This document shows, one piece after another, positions 21,202 through 28,575 of a stretch of 32,000 bases of DNA. The DNA is from Polynucleobacter necessarius (GTDB lineage: Bacteria; Pseudomonadota; Gammaproteobacteria; Burkholderiales; Burkholderiaceae). Below the pieces are notes generated by a model that was not told the origin of the DNA, did no database searches, and was given only the letters and a program-made list of their open reading frames with translations. The number at the start of each line of letters is the position of its first letter. The first letter of the stretch is position 1. The position numbers and the translations under genes are program-made. Location: assembly GCF_900095195.1 (NCBI RefSeq), contig NZ_LT606950.1, positions 1,341,946-1,373,945 of the forward strand, written 5' to 3'.

Positions 21202-21221
21202 TCGCGTTACGAACTAAATTC

Positions 21222-21794
21222 ATGCCAAGCGCTTTTAATACTCACAATACCAACCCGCTCTCCGATCACCCACAAGCTTGGGAACGGGCAAGCAATGTCA
21301 AATTATTAGTTCTGGATGTTGATGGCGTTCTCACTAATGGGCAAGTGAGGATCGGCGCCGATGGGAAGGAGTCCCTTAAAGTCTTTGATATTCAAGATGG
21401 CTTAGGCATTAAGCTACTTGAAAAGTGCAATATACCTACCGCCGTTATTACAGGTCGTAATTCAAAGATGGTCTTAGCGCGTTGCGATGAGCTTGGCATT
21501 AAACATGTTCATATGGGTGTCGAGAACAAAGCACTCGCTCTTGAAGGGGTTCTCAAGTCTCTTGGGATTCAGGCGAGCGATTGCGCGGTGATGGGCGATG
21601 ATTGGCCCGATCTAGCAATGATGAAAAATGCGGGCTTGCGTATCGCGCCTGCGCAAGCCCATGAAGCCGTTAAAGAATTTGTCCACCTTGTCACAAAACG
21701 CGAAGGTGGTAATAGTGCCGTGCGTGAAGTATGCGATTTAATACTTAAAGCCCAAAATCGTTATGCCGAATTGTTGATCCAGGCTAGCCAATAA
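21222..21794 (+). CDS. kdsC: 3-deoxy-D-manno-octulosonate-8-phosphate phosphatase (HAD superfamily)
   Basis: 190-aa ORF with VKLLVLDVDGVLTNGQV...DGLGIKLL...ITGR...MGDDWPDL motifs. Confidence 0.9.
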   Translation: MPSAFNTHNTNPLSDHPQAWERASNVKLLVLDVDGVLTNGQVRIGADGKESLKVFDIQDGLGIKLLEKCNIPTAVITGRNSKMVLARCDELGIKHVHMGVENKALALEGVLKSLGIQASDCAVMGDDWPDLAMMKNAGLRIAPAQAHEAVKEFVHLVTKREGGNSAVREVCDLILKAQNRYAELLIQASQ

Positions 21795-21797
21795 GCA

Positions 21798-22439
21798 ATG
21801 CAATTCCATTCCCAAAGAATCAAACTCAGCATCGGACGAGCCATATTACGTCTGATGCCACTGATATTGATGGGCGCGTTAACTTTGGTCACCTTTTGGC
21901 TCGTTCGAAAAAATACTCCGCCCGAAAGCTCGATGCTTGAGCGTGTTCGCCTTCATGAACCCGATTACATTGTTAGAGATGGGGCACTCACGGCTTTGAA
22001 TGCACAAGGCAACACCAAATACAGAATCTTGGGAAATAAAGTTACACACTACGATGACGATGCCTCAATTGATATTGATTTACCCCACTTGCGATTATTC
22101 CAAGAGAACAAAGTTCCGGTGACCGTCAAATCTAATACTGGTCATCTCGATGGCGATTTGACTATTCTCGAACTCTTTGATAACGCCTCGATTTTTCGTC
22201 CTGCCCAAGCGGCAATGCCCACCGAGCCAGCCTCATTGAGAATGCTTGCCTCATCCAGTTATTTCAAAGTCCTTATTAATGACGACATCATCGAAACAAA
22301 TCGCCCCATTACACTCGAGCAAGGCATGTCAACCATGCACTCTACTGATGGCGGAACCTTTGACAACATTCAACAAAGCATGACGCTTTCTGGTCAGGTT
22401 CGAGGCCGCATTGAACGTGCTCCGCGGAGTACTCAATAA
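21798..22439 (+). CDS. lptC: LPS export system protein LptC
   Basis: 213-aa ORF with a single N-terminal TM anchor (LMPLILMGALTLVTFWLV). Its position between kdsC and lptA and its size are typical of LptC. The call rests mostly on synteny. Confidence 0.75.
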   Translation: MQFHSQRIKLSIGRAILRLMPLILMGALTLVTFWLVRKNTPPESSMLERVRLHEPDYIVRDGALTALNAQGNTKYRILGNKVTHYDDDASIDIDLPHLRLFQENKVPVTVKSNTGHLDGDLTILELFDNASIFRPAQAAMPTEPASLRMLASSSYFKVLINDDIIETNRPITLEQGMSTMHSTDGGTFDNIQQSMTLSGQVRGRIERAPRSTQ

Positions 22440-22997
22440 ATGCTTGCTGCAAATCGTCTATTTGCTTGTTTGGCTTTTAGCTCACTAGTATTGAGCAATC
22501 TTGCTTTTGCTGAAAAAGCTGATCAAGATAAGCCCATCATTCTTGAAGCAGAAAAAGTTTCCGTAAATGACGTGCAACAAATCTATGACCTGAAAGGTCA
22601 AATTCTGTTAATTAAGGGCAGTATGGTTGTTACTGGTGAGGATGGGCATATACAAGTTGACCCCGAAGGGTATGAGTTTGTTGATGTCAAAGGTTCATCT
22701 GACACAACAGCCAGCTTTCGTCAGCGCAGAGAAGGCGCTGCGGATGAGTACATACAAGGTCGCGGCACTCAAATAAGCTATAACGCCAAAACTGAGGTCC
22801 TCACAATTACAGGGGATGCCAGCCTAAGACGATTACTGAATATGCAGATGCTCGATCAACTTCAGGGCTGGAAAATTGAGTACGATGACATTACAGAACG
22901 CTATCGCGTTACTCCACCCGCTGGCACTAAACCCAGCGATCTACCATTAGCAAGAGCTATTCTTTCACCTAGACGAAAAGCCACCCTAGAGAAATGA
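22440..22997 (+). CDS. lptA: LPS transport periplasmic protein LptA (OstA-like)
   Basis: 185-aa ORF with the signal peptide [24 protein letters not shown] and a [17 protein letters not shown] start typical of LptA. It begins at the nucleotide after the lptC stop, and its TGA overlaps the lptB ATG (ATGA). Confidence 0.8.
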   Translation: MLAANRLFACLAFSSLVLSNLAFAEKADQDKPIILEAEKVSVNDVQQIYDLKGQILLIKGSMVVTGEDGHIQVDPEGYEFVDVKGSSDTTASFRQRREGAADEYIQGRGTQISYNAKTEVLTITGDASLRRLLNMQMLDQLQGWKIEYDDITERYRVTPPAGTKPSDLPLARAILSPRRKATLEK

Positions 22998-23761
22998 CAA
23001 TGGATTTAGCCAAAAATAATTCCAAACCAACACTAAGCGCCCACAACCTTCAGAAGCGCTATGGCTCCAGAACGGTTGTACAAGATGTTTCCGTTGAAGT
23101 GAAATGCGGGGAAGTTGTTGGCCTACTTGGACCTAATGGTGCAGGAAAAACGACATCTTTCTACATGATCGTTGGTTTGGTTCCGCTCGATGCAGGTCGA
23201 ATCATTTTAGATGGAGCAGACATTGCCCACTTGCCTATTCATAAACGTGCCCGTATGGGACTCTCCTACCTTTCCCAGGAAGCGTCGGTTTTTAGGAAAC
23301 TGAATGTTGCGGAAAATATTCAGGCGGTCTTGGAGTTGCAGGTTCAGAGTGGTAAGCCATTGAGCAAAGCAAAAATTGCTGACCGTTTGGATGAGTTGTT
23401 GGGCGAACTCCAAATTAGTCATCTTCGCAACAATCCCGCCCTATCCCTCTCGGGCGGCGAGAGACGACGTGTAGAAATTGCTAGGGCATTAGCATCACAA
23501 CCAAAGTTCATATTGCTCGACGAACCTTTTGCTGGCGTTGACCCTATTGCTGTTGGGGAAATTCAGCGAATTGTTCGATTCCTTCGTGACCGTCAGATCG
23601 GGGTACTGATTACGGACCATAATGTCCGCGAAACCCTGGGGATCTGCGATCACGCATACATCATCAGCGAGGGCGGCGTTCTGGCTCAAGGCCAGCCAGA
23701 CCAAATTATTCAAAACGATGCTGTTCGCAGAGCCTATCTAGGGGAAAACTTCCGAATGTAA
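22994..23761 (+). CDS. lptB: LPS export ABC transporter ATP-binding protein LptB
   Basis: 255-aa ORF with Walker [10 protein letters not shown], signature LSGGERRR, Walker B FILLDEP and the LptB-type C-terminus YLGENF. Confidence 0.95.
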   Translation: MTMDLAKNNSKPTLSAHNLQKRYGSRTVVQDVSVEVKCGEVVGLLGPNGAGKTTSFYMIVGLVPLDAGRIILDGADIAHLPIHKRARMGLSYLSQEASVFRKLNVAENIQAVLELQVQSGKPLSKAKIADRLDELLGELQISHLRNNPALSLSGGERRRVEIARALASQPKFILLDEPFAGVDPIAVGEIQRIVRFLRDRQIGVLITDHNVRETLGICDHAYIISEGGVLAQGQPDQIIQNDAVRRAYLGENFRM

Positions 23762-23762
23762 G

Positions 23763-23933
23763 GCCGCCGAGGCCTTGCTCAGAATCCCTCAAAAAAAGTG
23801 CTTTTTCCTCTTGGTTTTCAGCAAAATCGCTGATACGCTGGAGGCTCATGGTTTATTTTCCAAAAAAACAGCTCAAAAATTACAGGGGCTTGCTGCGCAC
23901 CCTAGGTATAGCTTTGCGCACGCCTTGATATAA
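23763..23933 (+). pseudogene. rpoN: Possible remnant of the 3' end of rpoN (sigma-54), with the rest of the gene deleted
   Basis: The lptB-hpf spacer is only 182 bp, where this conserved cluster normally carries rpoN of ~1.4-1.5 kb. One frame is open across the spacer and reads ...VFSKIADTLEAHGLFSKKTAQKLQGLAAHPRYSFAHALI*. This loosely resembles the sigma-54 C-terminus (..SD.QIADLL.EQGI.VARRTVAKYREAL.IP..). Its TAA (23931-23933) directly abuts the hpf Shine-Dalgarno sequence, as a native rpoN stop would. The similarity was judged by eye and is weak. Confidence 0.4.
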
Positions 23934-23937
23934 GGAG
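23932..23937 (+). promoter_or_regulatory. Shine-Dalgarno sequence of hpf
   Basis: AAGGAG lies 6 nt upstream of the hpf ATG at 23944. Confidence 0.6.
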
Positions 23938-23943
23938 TTGCTC

Positions 23944-24266
23944 ATGAATTTGAAGATTATTAGCCGTCATTTAGAAGTTACCCCCGCTATGCGCTCTCAC
24001 CTTGAGGCTGGGTTGGCCAAAATTCGTAAGCGCTTCGCGCATGTCATTGATACATCGACTTTTTAGTGGTTGATAACGCCAAAGAAAAAGACCGTCGTCA
24101 AAGCGCCGAGATTACCATCCACCTAAAAGGTAAGGAGCTGTTTGCAGAGGCTCACAATGCTGACCTATACCATGCCATGGATGCCGTAGTCGAGAAGCTT
24201 GGGCATCAAGTCGTGAAACACAAGGAAAAGATCCAAGATCATCATCACGAAAAGCGTTTTGACTAA
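23944..24266 (+). pseudogene. hpf: Ribosome hibernation promoting factor (sigma-54 modulation protein family), disrupted by a 1-nt deletion in a T-run
   Basis: Frame 1 reads [40 protein letters not shown] and then hits a TAG at 24064-24066. Homology continues in the -1 frame as [63 protein letters not shown] (track ORF 24066..24266). Adding one T to the TTTTT at 24060-24064 gives a collinear 107-aa HPF (..[18 protein letters not shown]..) with no gap relative to remembered homologs. Confidence 0.85.
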
Positions 24267-24299
24267 TCTTGTTTGTCAGGACACCTATAATCAACTGTA

Positions 24300-24761
24300 A
24301 TGAATGCCCTGACTCATCTTTTTACCCCTGACTGCATTGCATTAGATAACCCTGCCAAAAGTAGGCCTGATGCATTTGCAGCCGCCGGTGAGTTGTTCTC
24401 TAAGCAAATTGGCATTGAGGCGGCCTCCGTTGTTGAATTCCTCAATGCGCGCGAGGAACTGGGTTCTACCGCTCTTGGCGCTGGTGTCGCTATTCCACAT
24501 GGTCGTGTCAAGAGACTAAAACAACCGGCTGCTGCTTTCATGCGGCTCCGCGAACCCATTGAATTTGCTGCACCGGACAATGATCCTGTTTCTATTCTCA
24601 TCTTTTTATTGGTTCCTGAAAAAGCCACTCAACAACATTTGGAAATTCTTTCTTCAATCGCGCAACTCTTATCAGACTCTGACGCACGCCAGCAATTGAG
24701 TTCGATTGCTGATCCCGCAAAAGTCTGTGCACTGCTTCAACAGTGGGGCACCTCAAAATGA
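24300..24761 (+). CDS. ptsN: PTS IIA-like nitrogen regulatory protein PtsN (EIIA-Ntr)
   Basis: 153-aa ORF with the phosphorylatable-His region [16 protein letters not shown] and ...[28 protein letters not shown]. Confidence 0.9.
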   Translation: MNALTHLFTPDCIALDNPAKSRPDAFAAAGELFSKQIGIEAASVVEFLNAREELGSTALGAGVAIPHGRVKRLKQPAAAFMRLREPIEFAAPDNDPVSILIFLLVPEKATQQHLEILSSIAQLLSDSDARQQLSSIADPAKVCALLQQWGTSK

Positions 24762-25744
24762 CTCAGCCCTTACTCTTAGATGGAGTAACTGCTCAGCAAA
24801 TTTTTGATGACAACGTATCTGATCTGAAACTTTCCTGGATCGGTGGACTAGAAGGCGCTGACCGCACATTCCCACCTGAAGCAGTCAAAGCTGCAGCCGC
24901 AAGCTCTGATCTAGTGGGCCACTTAAATCTCATTCACCCAAGTCGTATTCAGATCTTTGGCGAACAAGAGGTTGACTATCACGCAGCGCTTGAGCCAAAG
25001 CAAAAACAAGAACAAATTGCCAGTCTGATTTCGAAGACGCCACCTTGCGTTATCGTTGCCGATGGTAAATCTGCGGATCCAGACTTACAACTCTTTTGCC
25101 AGCGTTCATCAACCCCGCTATTCACCACTCAAATCTCTGCTGCAGAGGTAATTGATCATCTACGTACTTACTTAACCAAGATCGGTGCTCCTCAAATCAC
25201 CATGCATGGTGTGTTTATGGATATCTTAGGTCTAGGGGTATTGCTAACCGGTGAATCTGGCTTAGGAAAAAGCGAATTAGGGCTGGAGCTAATTTCACGC
25301 GGCCATGGCTTAGTTGCAGATGATGCCGTTGATTTTTCACGGCTTGGCCCAGATTACATTGAAGGCCGTTGCCCAGTGATTCTTCGAAATCTTCTCGAGG
25401 TTCGTGGATTAGGTCTATTGGATATTCGTACAATCTTTGGCGAAACCGCTGTACGTCGCAAATTAAAACTCCGCTTGATTGTTCAACTCGTTCGCCGTAC
25501 CGATGGCGAATTTGAACGCCTACCCCTCGAAGCTCAACATATTGATGTTTTAGGCATTCCTATTCGCACAGTAAAAATCCAGGTAGCTGCAGGGCGTAAC
25601 TTGGCGGTACTAGTAGAGGCTGCAGTTCGCAATACTATCCTGCAATTACGCGGTATTGACACTCTCAAAGAATTCATTGAGCGCCAACGTGTGCAAATGA
25701 ACGCGGAAGCAGACTCCATTAAATCTCAGGGGCGCTTGCTTTAA
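24758..25744 (+). CDS. hprK: HPr kinase/phosphorylase
   Basis: Track ORF 24743..25744 (GTG). The ATG at 24758 overlaps the ptsN TGA as ATGA and is the likelier start (MTQPLLLDG...). The P-loop is [25 protein letters not shown], and [16 protein letters not shown] is also present. Confidence 0.92.
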   Translation: MTQPLLLDGVTAQQIFDDNVSDLKLSWIGGLEGADRTFPPEAVKAAAASSDLVGHLNLIHPSRIQIFGEQEVDYHAALEPKQKQEQIASLISKTPPCVIVADGKSADPDLQLFCQRSSTPLFTTQISAAEVIDHLRTYLTKIGAPQITMHGVFMDILGLGVLLTGESGLGKSELGLELISRGHGLVADDAVDFSRLGPDYIEGRCPVILRNLLEVRGLGLLDIRTIFGETAVRRKLKLRLIVQLVRRTDGEFERLPLEAQHIDVLGIPIRTVKIQVAAGRNLAVLVEAAVRNTILQLRGIDTLKEFIERQRVQMNAEADSIKSQGRLL

Positions 25745-25747
25745 TTT

Positions 25748-26638
25748 ATGCAAATCAACCTGATTACCGGAATCTCAGGCTCGGGTAAATCAGTTGCCCT
25801 CAGGGCATTTGAAGATGCTGGGTATGACTGCGTAGACAATCTACCTGTCTCGCTACTGGAAAATCTCGTTGCCACCCTTGCAAATGAGAATAGTGAGCGC
25901 GTTGCCGTTGCAATCGATGCGCGTCGCGGTCAATCGATTGCCCAACTTCCATCAATTTTGGAAAATCTCAAACGCGAGCATCAAGTCCGAATTGTTTTCT
26001 TAAACGCAGACACCAATACATTAGTACAGCGCTTCTCTGAAACACGCCGCAGACATCCTCTTTCAAGCGCTGATCAACAAAGTCAATCCGCCACCCTCAT
26101 CGAAGCCATTGATAAAGAACGTAGCCTGCTTGAGCCCTTACGCAACCAAGCTCACAGCATCGACACTAGCAATTTGCCAGCACATGCATTGCGCTCCCGG
26201 ATTCAGGACCTCCTGAAAGATAAGCCGCTAGGTCTTACGGTCGTTTTTGAATCGTTTGGATTCAAAAAAGGGGTTCCCAGTGAGGTCGATCTCGTGTTTG
26301 ATGTACGGTGTCTGCCAAATCCACACTATGACAAAGCCTTAAGACCGCTCACTGGTAGCGATAAGTCTGTAAAAGAATTTCTGGAAAAACTTCCGGAAGT
26401 GGTCAGCATGGAAAATGATATTGTTCAATTTATTGAAAAATGGCTTCCGCATTACATTGCTGATGGCCGCAGCTATTTAACCGTCGCTATTGGCTGCACC
26501 GGCGGACAACATCGGTCAGTCTATCTTGTCAACCGTATTAGTGAACACTTCCGCGCTCAAAAAGATTTAATCGCCCTGCAGCTTAATTTTTTAGACCGCC
26601 ATCGTGAGCTAGACTCAACCCCTGCAACAACACTTTAA
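25748..26638 (+). CDS. rapZ: RNase adapter protein RapZ (YhbJ family P-loop NTPase)
   Basis: 296-aa ORF reading MQINLITGISGSGKSVALRAFEDAGYDCVDNLP...RFSETRRRHPL...FDVRCLPNPHY...AIGCTGGQHRSVY. Confidence 0.93.
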   Translation: MQINLITGISGSGKSVALRAFEDAGYDCVDNLPVSLLENLVATLANENSERVAVAIDARRGQSIAQLPSILENLKREHQVRIVFLNADTNTLVQRFSETRRRHPLSSADQQSQSATLIEAIDKERSLLEPLRNQAHSIDTSNLPAHALRSRIQDLLKDKPLGLTVVFESFGFKKGVPSEVDLVFDVRCLPNPHYDKALRPLTGSDKSVKEFLEKLPEVVSMENDIVQFIEKWLPHYIADGRSYLTVAIGCTGGQHRSVYLVNRISEHFRAQKDLIALQLNFLDRHRELDSTPATTL

Positions 26639-27734
26639 TAGGTTGCGGCAATCCATAGCGCCCCAATTGATTGAGGGGCACCCATCTCAAATTCGCGCCC
26701 GTCGGCTCCACACATTGATAAGCATTGATATCCCAAACTTGCATCCATAAGCGCCGGTGACTGAATACATGCTTGATTTGAGGCCCCTCTTTTACAGGTT
26801 GGCAATGCTTTTGCCAAGCAGCCAGCTTTTCATCCGGCAAGATAGTTCGGAAAAGACTACTAAGCGTCGAAGACTTTTTGCCTGCAGTAGATTTAGCGCT
26901 CCAACTGGATTCTGGCAAACACCATAAACCACCCCAAATCGCTTTACTAGGACGTATTTGCAAAAGAACAGTATTGCCAGATCGAATTAAAAGCATATCG
27001 CAATCAAACTCGGGGGATTTAGTCCTTGCTGTCTTTTTTGGAAACTCCAATACTTGATCACTTAAATTTGCCTGACATTCTTTTTCAAATGGGCATTTTT
27101 TCTCGCCACTCAAACAAACGGGTTTTCGAGCGGTGCACCAAGTGGCGCCGAAATCCATTAATGCCTGGGTATAGACAGGCATATCGTTAGGCTTAATTGG
27201 TAATAGTGCGCTCGACAATTCCCAAAGATCATCATTTACCCGCTTGTCTTGCAATGCGCCGTCAACAGCAAATAAACGCGCCAAAATACGTTTCACGTTT
27301 GCATCCAAAATAGGTGCTCTTTTGTGAAAAGCAAAGGCGGCGATTGCCCCTGCAGTCGATCGTCCGATACCTTTTAATTGTTCCAGCAATGCTGGATCGC
27401 CAGGAAATACTCCTCCATACTCTGTAATCACTTGCTGTGCACAAACATGTAGATTTCTAGCGCGTGAGTAATAGCCCAAGCCCGCCCATTCGGCCAACAC
27501 ATCATCAATATGGGCTGCAGCAAGTTTTTGAATGGTTGGAAACCGCTTCATAAAACGGGTGTAGCGCTCCAAAACCATAGCCACTTGGGTTTGCTGCAAC
27601 ATAATCTCTGAAATCCAGACCGCATAAGGGTCTCGATTTCCCTGCCAGGGCAATCCTGATCGCCCATTACGAACATGCCACGTAATAAGCTTTTGAGAAA
27701 AATTTGTTATTAACGTTTTTGACATACTGGGCAA
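26583..27734 (-). CDS. mutY: A/G-specific adenine DNA glycosylase MutY
   Basis: 383-aa ORF with LPWQGNRDPYAVWISEIMLQQTQV, the HhH-GPD region LKGIGRSTAGAIAAFAF, the Fe-S Cys cluster (C..C..C...C region WCTARKPVCLSGEKKCPFEKEC) and a C-terminal NUDIX-like domain. An alternative start is the ATG at 27725. Its 3' end overlaps rapZ by 56 bp, and its 5' end overlaps the mutM stop region by 16-25 bp. Confidence 0.92.
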   Translation of the reverse strand: MPSMSKTLITNFSQKLITWHVRNGRSGLPWQGNRDPYAVWISEIMLQQTQVAMVLERYTRFMKRFPTIQKLAAAHIDDVLAEWAGLGYYSRARNLHVCAQQVITEYGGVFPGDPALLEQLKGIGRSTAGAIAAFAFHKRAPILDANVKRILARLFAVDGALQDKRVNDDLWELSSALLPIKPNDMPVYTQALMDFGATWCTARKPVCLSGEKKCPFEKECQANLSDQVLEFPKKTARTKSPEFDCDMLLIRSGNTVLLQIRPSKAIWGGLWCLPESSWSAKSTAGKKSSTLSSLFRTILPDEKLAAWQKHCQPVKEGPQIKHVFSHRRLWMQVWDINAYQCVEPTGANLRWVPLNQLGRYGLPQPIKVLLQGLSLAHDGGLKN

Positions 27735-28546
27735 AAGTATGTGGAACGCTGGCCTTGCACAATTTGTTTAATGGGAGTCTTACAAACTTTACAGGGCTGA
27801 TCCTTGCGATCATAAACTTTAGTTTGCACCATAAAGTGACCTGGATCACCATCGGTATTGACGAAATCTTTCAGGCTACTGCCGCCTGCAGCAATTGCCT
27901 TTTTTAAGATGAGTCTCACGGCTTCAGCGAGTCGAGAGCATTGCTGTCGCGTCAGTTTTCCAGCTGATTTGGCAGGATGAATGCCTGCCTCGAACAAGCT
28001 CTCAGAACAATATATATTGCCAACCACGACTACCGCCTGACCTGCTAACAGGAATTGCTTAACAGCAACGCTACGCTTGCGCGATTTTTGATACAGCAAT
28101 TCAGCGCCATACTCCCCAGCAAATTCTGGAGAAAATGGTTCAACTCCGAGCTTTAGCAATAAAGAATTTTTCTCAATCGGTTCTTTTGATTTAGGGTGCC
28201 ACAAAACCGCACCAAATTTTCTTGGGTCATGTAAACGTAAGCTGAGTTTTCCAAATTCCAAAGTTACCCGATCGTGCAACTTTAACGGCTCAGAGCTCGG
28301 CAAGATACGTAGCGTTCCAGTCATTCCAAAATGAATCAAAATGTGACCTGTTTGAAGCTCCAACAAAAGATATTTGCCCCGTCTTGCAATCGCTTGCACC
28401 CGTTATCCAGGTAAGGCTTTTATGAGGGTTTTAGGGACAGGCCAACGCAAGCACTCATCAATGACGTGAATAGCGCTTATGGTGCGCCCCTGAATATGTG
28501 GGGCAACGCCCAATCGGGTTACTTCAACTTCTGGAAGTTCTGGCAT
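27710..28546 (-). pseudogene. mutM: Formamidopyrimidine-DNA glycosylase (Fpg/MutM) interrupted by an in-frame TAA at codon 48
   Basis: Minus-strand translation from the ATG at 28546 gives MPELPEVEVTRLGVAPHIQGRTISAIHVIDECLRWPVPKTLIKALPG-TAA-RVQAIARRGKYLLLEL... The stop is at 28405..28403. It is in frame (147 nt) with track ORF 27710..28399, which carries the rest of Fpg including the C-terminal zinc finger CKVCKTPI...YFCPVCQ. Total length is 279 codons, normal for Fpg. Confidence 0.9.
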
Positions 28547-28575
28547 AAATCAATTGTAGATTCGAGCATTAGAAT

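Noticed and set aside
23760-23776. Hairpin AAGGCC-GCCGA-GGCCTT right after lptB as an intrinsic terminator
   Set aside because: It has a 6-bp GC-rich stem but no downstream T-tract, and it overlaps the lptB stop codon. This is insufficient to call a terminator. It may simply be part of the rpoN-deletion scar.
24055-24070. Programmed ribosomal frameshift in hpf (U UUU UAG)
   Set aside because: I know of no precedent for recoding in hpf, I see no stimulatory downstream structure, and the surrounding genome shows several unrelated gene lesions. A simple homopolymer deletion is the more economical explanation. It is kept only as a caveat in the hpf finding.
24066-24266. 66-aa ORF as a stand-alone small protein
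   Set aside because: It is the C-terminal two-thirds of HPF, contiguous with the 40-codon N-terminal fragment starting at 23944 once a 1-nt T-run deletion is repaired.
27710-28399. 229-aa ORF as an intact, shorter mutM
   Set aside because: The 47 codons upstream, in the same frame, encode the canonical Fpg N-terminus (MPELPEVE...) and are separated only by a TAA. A protein starting at 28399 would lack the catalytic Pro2/Glu3.
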